From positions 11,374 through 75,373 of the forward strand of contig NW_021833429.1 of the NCBI RefSeq assembly GCF_006345805.1: a stretch of DNA of 64,000 bases. Reading direction: 5' to 3'. The stretch comes from Octopus sinensis. Taxonomy: Eukaryota. The position numbers and the translations under genes are program-made. The notes beneath the pieces were generated by a model. That model was not told the DNA's origin and made no database searches. It saw nothing but the letters and a program-made list of their open reading frames with translations. How positions within the stretch are numbered: the first letter of the stretch is position 1; each line of letters begins with the position of its first letter. This document shows positions 55,083 through 64,000 of this stretch, in pieces.

Positions 55083-55137
<55 letters not shown>

Positions 55138-55299
55138 ATATATATATATATGTGTCTGTGTGTGTGTACAGCGAGAGAGAGAGAGAAAGAGACTAGCAGA
55201 TAGACGAAGAGTTCGATGTATATAGAGATGGACAGATAGACGAAAACGCAGCAATATAGACAGAGCGACAAGCGAGTGCAGAATAGAGAGACATGTCCG

Positions 55300-55311
55300 G
55301 ATAAATAGAAG

Positions 55312-55348
<37 letters not shown>

Positions 55349-55357
55349 GTAGATAGG

Positions 55358-55413
<56 letters not shown>

Positions 55414-55560
55414 CAGAGAGAGAGAGACAAATGGACAGACAGGTTGATAGATAGATAGATAGATAGATAGGTAGATAGATAGATAGATAGATAGATAGAC
55501 AGATAGATAGAGAGGGAGAGAGAGACAAATGGACAGACAGGTTGATAGATAGATAGATAG
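55300..55560. repeat. (GATA)n tract with a duplicated interrupting unit
   Basis: GAGAGAGACAAATGGACAGACAGGTTGATAG occurs twice inside the tract; another long (GATA)n tract lies at about 56865-57300. Confidence 0.9.
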
Positions 55561-56862
55561 AAAATCCGGAATTATGGAAACTAGAGAGTGGCAATTGTGA
55601 TATTGGTGTTGGCATTGACAGTGGCAGCAGAAATGGTAGTGGTGGGAAGGGCCGGGCCTATTCTGTCAATGACAGAAGGAGGGGTATAGTTTTGGGGTGG
55701 GGGTGTTATATCGGTGGTGGTAGTGGGGGGGGGTAAAAAGTTAGGGGTTGTTGATGTTGGTGGTAATGGTGGTGTTAGTGTGACAGTGATAATGGGAGCG
55801 GTGAGAGTAGAGGTGCGAGGGCAGTAGTAGCAGTACTAATAATGATAGTGTTGCCGGTGGTGTGTGTCAGTGGTGGTAGTGGCGGTAGTGGCAGTGGTTG
55901 ATTTGGGGGGAGGTGAGGTGGTGGTGGTGGTGGTGGTGGAGGAAATGATGAGCTACTCTTAATGAAAAAGGACAGCAATAACGCGAATAATGGCGGGAGC
56001 GGTGGTGCGGGGTAGGAGAAGGAGGAAGAGAAGAGGGGGGCGTTAATGGTGGAAGTTGAAGAAGGGAACGGTGGGTGGGGTGGGGGTTAGAGACAAGACA
56101 ACAAAGACAAGAGTGAGATAAAAGACATAATACAGTGCTGTGAATGGTGGTGGTGGTGGTGGTGGCATTGTTGTTTTTGTTCTTGTTGTTGCTGTTTTCG
56201 TTGTTGGTTTGGTTGTTCGTTTTGGTGTTGCTGATGTTGGTGATGATGATGATGGCTGTGCGCGTTGGAGTGAGCGAGTTTTATAGTTTTAAATAAAAGG
56301 TATGATGATGACGAGGAAGCAAGGATGCGAATGATGATGGCAGCGGCGTCGGCGATGATGACGATGATGATGTTGATGATGATGGCGGTGATGACAGAGT
56401 TCCTGCGAGCTTAAGATTAACAAAAAATATATATATAACATGAAATCCATGAGACAATTGTGTGCGTATAATGGAGGGAGACATACTTGCGTATGTATTT
56501 TGGGGGTATATTATCCTTACGTGTATGTAGGATTATAATGTATATATGTGCGTATATATTTATAAAGAGTTATCAACAAATAAACGCAAACACACATACA
56601 TATACACACACATATATATATATACATGTACGCGCGCGCGCATACATATATATATATATACATGTACGCGCGCGCGCATACAGAGGGAGACAAACAGACG
56701 GATGGTTGCAGTAAGGAGAAAGTATGAATAAGAAATGCGTGTATGGAAACGGTAAGAATGAAGAAATCAGAATAGGAGATGGAGGGGGGCGAGTAAAATG
56801 GCGGAACACAAACCCCTAGAGCGATGTAGGGAGTGGGTTGAGTCAGTGGGGTTTTTGTAGCG

Positions 56863-56926
<64 letters not shown>

Positions 56927-56927
56927 C

Positions 56928-56981
<54 letters not shown>

Positions 56982-57007
56982 GATAGATAAACTAACAGAC
57001 AGACAGG

Positions 57008-57049
<42 letters not shown>

Positions 57050-57071
57050 TATAGATAGCATGATAGATTGG

Positions 57072-57191
<120 letters not shown>

Positions 57192-57897
57192 GAGGGAGAG
57201 AGAGAGAGAGAGGCAGAAAGATAGGTAGGTAGGTAGGTAGATAGATAGACAGACAAACAGACAGACAGAAAAAACAGGTAGATAAATAGATAGATAGACA
57301 GACAGATATAGAAAGACATATTAGATCTAATTTATTATTTACAAGTGGGCATATTAATATTATTGATACAATATATTTATCCTTTCGTGTGGGTGAGTAT
57401 GTGTGTGATTCTGCGTGAGTGTGTGTGTGTGTTTGTATGTGTGTTTGTATGCGTATTTGTGTGTGTAGGGGTGTGCACTCCAGAGGTCAGATCTGTCGTT
57501 CATCCTTCTCCAGTAAAACAAGAAACTTCTGAAATACTAAGATTTTGTCCAACTGAATCCCCATCCCATCTTAAGACATCATGACCTCAGGGGGAATTTG
57601 AACGGATGCCTCATAGTTCTAGGGCCGAGTCATAATCTATGTGTACTGTATCTTGCAGTCCACAAATAAATAGTCTGGGCCCCGTGCATAGATTTGTCCG
57701 GAGGCTTATAATGCTATTAAGACGGTCCTGCTGGACTTTTTCCCATAACGACTATATATGGCATACACATGCGCACACACTTACTCCGACATATACGCGC
57801 GCGCGCACGTGTGTATGTGAATGCAATACACGCTTCCAGATATATTGGATTCGAGGTTTCAAACGACGTTCAATTCCTATATTCGTAATTATATTAT

Positions 57898-57948
<51 letters not shown>

Positions 57949-58116
57949 CACACACAACTGACGATAAACACTAACAAACGATAGTCCTGAACCAGAGTTT
58001 CGTGCAAATAAAAGCTCCAAACTCCTCAGACTAACGGTAATCAACTTTCACTACACTACCTCACTTTATACATATAGTTATATGCTCTTAGTTTTGTGTA
58101 AATATGAAGGAAGGAA

Positions 58117-58437
58117 CACTCCGTCGGTTACGACGACGAGGGTCCCAGCTGATACGATCAACGGAACGGCCTGCACGTGAAATTAACGTGACAGTGGCTG
58201 AGCACTCCACGAACACGTGTACCCTTAATGTAGATCTCAGGGAGATTCAGCGTGAGACAAAGTGTGACAAGGCTGGCCCTTTGAAATACAGGTACTACGC
58301 ATTTTAGCCAGCTGAGTGGACTGGAGCAATGTGAAATAAAGTGTCGTGCTCAAGAACAAAATGCGTCGCCGGGAATTGAACTTATGGCTTTACGATCGTG
58401 AGCCGAATGCTCTAACCACTAAGCCACGCGCCTTCAT
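58117..58437 (-). mobile_element. tRNA/CORE SINE, family C-type head
   Basis: Minus strand GAAGGCGCGTGGCTTAGTGGTTAGAGCATTCGGCTCACGATCGTAAAG...AGTTCAATTCCC...TTCTTGAGCACGACACTTTATTTC. Confidence 0.85.
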
Positions 58438-59340
58438 AAATACGCGCATGCACAAACATGCATAAGCGAGTAAAACTTGCACACACACACACACACGCAA
58501 TCATATTTTCAGTTTCTGAATGACTCAAGAGAAGAGCACTGCCTACGTGGGTGTACAAGTTTATTGCTATTTACTTAAACTAAATTCCGTCCTCGCAAAC
58601 AGTTTCACGCCACTCCAAGCATTTATTCAGGAGACTTTTTCAGTATTACAAGCTGTTTTTCACATACACTCAAACCGATTCCGTCTTCTCTGTTTAGCTT
58701 TCATTTTCATTGACTTGTTGCTAAATTTTATTCTGTCAGGATAGTGTTTTCTAAATATTTTTATGTGTTGCTTTTTCATTAGCCAATTTATAGACTATCT
58801 TGTTCATTTCTTTAGCGTATCCGGTTTCTCTCAAATGTCATTCGTACCCATTGGTTAATGTGTTGCCTATTATTACTATTTTTTTTATCCTGGTCCATTT
58901 CTTTATCATAGAATTAATTTCAATAAAAAATAAAGCAAAATTTTAAAGAGTTGTTTGTTGATCGAGCTGCAGATTCAGTCACGGACACGTAGCACTCGGA
59001 ATAACGTTGTCCATCACAACAATATATTTGAATGCGAAATAAATGTTACGATAGAAACAAACTCCGTTTCATTAAGTTCGTCTGTAGACATCGGTAGTAA
59101 CTGTTTGGAGGGAATTCCTGATCTTCATGACAATTGTTTTGTTACCGTACAAAATTTTTCCTTATATCCGCTATCTGTAAATTGCTATTTACTTATAATG
59201 CCTAATTTGGTAAATCAAACTGTTTTTCGCTGATCGATTCTCTTCTCTCCAGTTTCCTTAAATTCTTATTCAGTTGGTAAGGGGGAAGAAGATCTGTGTT
59301 ACGGTATATCCTTCGCCTTCACCAATAATGCTAATATTTT

Positions 59341-59980
59341 AAGGCGGCGAGCTGGCAGAAATGTTAGCACGCCGGGCGAAATGCTTTGCGGTATTTCGTC
59401 TGCCGTTACGTTGTGAGTTCAAATTCCGCCGAGGTCGACTTTGCTTTTCATCCTTTCGGGGTCGATAAATTAAGTACCAGTTACGCACTGGGGTTGATAT
59501 AATCGACTTAATCCGTTTGTCTGTCCTTGTTTGCCCCCTCTGTGTTTAGCTCCTTGTGGTTAGTAAAGAAATAGGTATTTCGTTTGCCGTGACGTTTTGA
59601 GTTCAAATTCTGCCGAGGTCAACTTTGCCTTTCATCCTTTCAGGGTTGATTAAATAAGTATCAGTTACGCACTGGGGTCGATCTAATCTGCTTAATCCCT
59701 TTGTCTGTCCTTGTTTGTCCCTTCTATGTTTAGCCCCTTGTGGGCAATTATTATTAAATATTTTAAGGCGGCGAGCTGGCAGAAACGTTAGCACGCCGGG
59801 CGAAATGCTTAGCGTTATTTCGTTTGTCTACGTTCTGAGTTCAAATTCCGCCGAGGTCGACTTTGCTTTTCATCCTTTCGGGATCGATAAAATAAGTACC
59901 AGTTGCGTACTGGGGTCGATCTAATCGACTGGCCCCGTCCCAAAAAATTTCGGGCCTTTTGCCTAGAGTAGAAAAGAATA
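59341..59980 (+). mobile_element. Two adjacent SINE family A copies, the first with a 184-bp internal repeat
   Basis: Heads AAGGCGGCGAGCTGGCAGAA at 59341 and 59765; GGTATTTCG at 59390 and 59574. Confidence 0.92.
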
Positions 59981-61122
59981 ATGCTAAACTATGTTTGCAG
60001 TTCAGACTAGTATTTTGAAATACATTTATTCTGATGTCTGCAACAAGATAACACCTCCTGCAGTCTGTTTCACATTTATATTCGTTGCATAAACAACTTT
60101 CTGCAGTACACACGCACACACACATACATGCTTACTTACATACATACACACACAGAGGCACACATGTAAACAAACATATATACACACACATACATATCTT
60201 CACCTATTAATCTATGCAGATATCTATGTGTTTGTATATTTCTTTATCAATGCTACTGGTCCTATGTGTGTGGCGGGGAGGGGGTGTACACGTACGCATT
60301 ATAACTATAAACTGAAGAGACAGTGCAATCACACAGTTAGCAAGAGACTAACTCGACCAAATAATTAAAAATACGGCAGCGATTCTTGACGTTTCAGACG
60401 CTCGTTCTTCATCAGATCTAAAGTGAAGGAGGAGAATATGAGACAAAAGTAGTTGGAGGAAAACAATTGGTTCTATTGATCTTAATTTTATGTGACTTTG
60501 TTGTTGCTTAGTTCTAGACACTATACATTGAGTAGGCCAATAATAAAGATATTCCACTCGTGACCATCTCACCATTTTCCACTGCGCAGTGAACATTGGA
60601 TTACACTGATCCATATGACCTTACGCGAGACAGGGGAATGTGTGTTTTGAAGTAGATGTAGCAGTTATTTCCAGCAGGTCGAGCAAACACATATAGGCAC
60701 TATTATAAACAGGGGCTGGTAGAGTATTTGATAGCTATGTGGTGTTGTGGTAGAAATGCTATTCCAGCCATGACAAACACTTTTATTTTTAACAGAAATC
60801 TTGTTCTGAAGAGTCCAATGTATTTTCTCTTTAAGATAATAAAGTGTAATTTCAGAGGTATATGACAGTGATGTCTAGCAATTCGTGCAGCTGCATAGAG
60901 GTCTGCTAATGGCTCGCGTGTTTCACATGTTTCGGCATGGCTGGCTTCACAAGATGTCCGCCAGTCAGTTTTCTTATAGCCTCGTTTTCGCTTTTACTGT
61001 TTTGGTCTATTTTATTCTTCTCACATTTTTAAAGCAAGCCTTTTTATACACATGTTCTAATAATCACAAACACACACACACAAATAAACAAACAAACACA
61101 CACACACCACACCACAACACAC

Positions 61123-61157
<35 letters not shown>

Positions 61158-61158
61158 G

Positions 61159-61189
<31 letters not shown>

Positions 61190-62297
61190 CTTGCATATAC
61201 GCACTTACACGTATATATACACACATATACAAACAAAACATTCCCAAGTAATGTAGCCATTAACATTCGACCCTTCAGAACACATGCGCAGACACACAAA
61301 CATATATAGACACACTGAGATAATATCTGTGTACATATATACATATACACACGCACACATATATGTTTATGAATAGAAACACACAGACACACATAATTAT
61401 CTTGAACTATAAAGAACATCTCTACAGACATTAATAGAGCGTGGAATCTAAAGCAAGGTCACACACACACTCATACACACACACACACGCATGCACGTAC
61501 GCACACACATACAGACACGCACGGACACACACCTAATGGGCCAACGCAACGCACACACACACATACACAAATACACACACACACGTACCACAATATATGC
61601 AGACACAGCAGACTCACACACACACACAACCAAAGACAAACACAAACACAAATATATACACACACATACATACACACATACACATATGCACGGACACACA
61701 CACCTAATGGGTCAATGCAACGCACTCACAAAATCTCTCTCTCACACACACATGTACCACAACATATGCAGACATATGCCTGCAGACACGCGGCAAACTC
61801 ACACACATACACAACCAAAGACATATATACACACACATTTAAATACACATACGAGTTCTCCACCCACCCCTCGCCCAGCCGGCTCTTCCGTCCCTCGTTC
61901 TCTCCCTTGTCTCATGTTCTGCATCACACATTTAACAATGTGTAAAACCTTTACAGCTCAGAACAAACAAGAGGAGATAACCCCTGCTCGCTCCCCCCCC
62001 CCATTCTCCTCCTGCTGGCTACAAAAACTTGCTCATTAACGAGCCCTTGTCTGTCGGGTGGTGGTTGGGGAAAATGGCGGCCGATGCCGAAAATAGAATG
62101 GGGTGCAGGAAGAGGAGAGATTGAAACAATGGTAGTCAATGGTGGTGGTAGTGGTAACGGTGTAGGTAGTAGTTTAGTGGTGGTTGTTACAATTTGGGTG
62201 GAGGTGCTGTTTTTGTTGTTCTTTTAAGAACCTCTTCCCGCGTCATTCTCTAAGTCGGTTCTAAGTTCAAATGTATTCCAACCATGACCATCTCGTC

Positions 62298-62360
<63 letters not shown>

Positions 62361-62381
62361 ATATATATATATATATATACA

Positions 62382-62412
<31 letters not shown>

Positions 62413-62803
62413 ATGTATGTATGTATGTATGTATGTATATATGTATGTGTGTTTGTGTGTGTGTGTATGAGTGTATCGGCAATACTTCGATATTGGTATA
62501 CGACATAATTCACCCACACAGTCTTCTCTCATGACAGAGAGAAAAGAAGAGGGTGAATGACGTCTCCTCACACCGATTCTCTTTAGATCAATACCGAAGG
62601 ATTGCCACTGTGTGTGTGTGTGTATGTGTAGGAAACTTTCAACCAAATTACCCAACATGAACTTCTCCAAGACAACATGAGGAGCATCTAACTGCTATTT
62701 CTTGTACATCAAAATGACCACATAGAATCGGTCACGAGTGATAGTGATGATGTAGAGGCGGCCATGGTATTAGAGTGGAAATGGCAAGAGCAGCAGCTGT
62801 CTT

Positions 62804-62834
<31 letters not shown>

Positions 62835-64000
62835 GAGAGGTGGTGGTGGAGGTGGGGGGTCCTTTTTGAATTTGCTTCAGAAAATCACTATCATTAATTC
62901 ATTATTGAAAATTTCGGCAACGGATCTACGACCGGGTGGGGGTGGGAGTAGAGGAGGTTGGGAGACGAAGGAGGAAGTTTGTTGTTGTCTCCCTTGAGAC
63001 GGAGGGGAGCGTGAGGCGGGGTTTGGTGGGAGAACTGTTTGATGATCCATGGGTGTAGATGAGTCTGGTCATGTGTGAGGATGTACGTGTTTGTGTGTGT
63101 GTGTGTGTGTGTGTGTCCTTATTCGCGTATGCGTGAGGGAATATATGTGTGTATGTGTTTGTGTGTGTATGAGTGTGTATGTCCATATTCGTGTATGCTT
63201 GGGGAACTCGGTGTGTGTGTGTGTGTGTGTGGTGTGTGTGTGTTTGTGCGTGAGTATTGATGTGTGCGAGGAGGAGTATGTATCTGCCTCTGTGTGTATG
63301 TGTGTGTGTGTGTGTGTATGCGTGGGTTTATGTGTCTGTTAACGCAAACATAATGCATGTATACGTGTTTGTGTGTATGTTTGTGTAGATATGAGTGCAT
63401 GTGTGTACAGATATGCAATACGTGTGTGTATATATATATATATATCTTTCTGTGTGTCTGCTTTGGTGTATGTGTGTGTGTGCGCTTGCGTGTGTGTATG
63501 CATGTGTTTAAAGTAGCTGGGTAGGTTCTAATTATTGTCTACTTCATGTGTATGGACGGGAGATGCGGTTGGAGGGGAGGGGCACGGATATAAAAATTGG
63601 CGTAGACGACGACAGCAAAGATGAAAGTAATGGTCGTGTCTGTGTTGTTGTTGATGTTGTTTCTTAATTCAACCGTGATCTGATCAAGCATGTCTATGAT
63701 CAAAAGACAATACTTTATTAATGACCACCCCGCCTTTTGGGGGTCCGGGTGGTAGAAACCGAGACTAAATTATCCAATGTGACCTTCACCTTGGAAAACA
63801 ATGTGGTTGGTTATGATTTGAGAATCATCTAGCTGTTATTCCTGATGTTGGTGATATCGAGGGATGGTTCCTTTCGTGGGTGGGGGTCATTTTTGGCAGT
63901 GATAATAGTTTTTAAATATTCCCACATCTACACACCCCTCCTAGTCCCTCCACATTTTTATTGTTTTATTGGTTTGGTGAAAAATGTGGTTTATAATGAT

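Noticed and set aside
58520-59240. Degenerate coding-like island
   Set aside because: Minus-strand frames are full of stops and no protein family motif was recognised.

Overview
AT-rich, microsatellite-saturated metazoan DNA, almost certainly from an octopod cephalopod (Octopus-type tRNA-derived SINEs plus dense (TA)n, (CA)n, (GATA)n, (CT)n and trinucleotide tracts; species assignment is inference). The window looks intronic or intergenic. The only convincing protein-coding sequence is a full-length mariner transposon (43155-44425) whose transposase is broken by one frameshift just before the third catalytic Asp. Nearly all other ORFs in the track are translations of simple repeats. Other content: two abundant SINE families, LINE 3' fragments (RTE and CR1/L2 group), a rosa/DD41D-like Tc1-mariner fragment, two MITEs, probable non-autonomous Helitrons, local duplications and two long inverted repeats. 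Most worth following up: (i) SINEs carrying an internal ~184-bp tandem unit with the same palindromic junction at five loci, (ii) four dispersed minimal hammerhead-ribozyme-like motifs of the Penelope type, (iii) a perfect 56-bp-arm foldback next to the mariner, (iv) a promoter-like motif cluster near 33.5-33.85 kb and a few candidate micro-exons. No CRISPR, rRNA, intact tRNA or Fanzor/TnpB-like ORF was seen. I cannot show a new biological system from sequence alone; the findings are leads.
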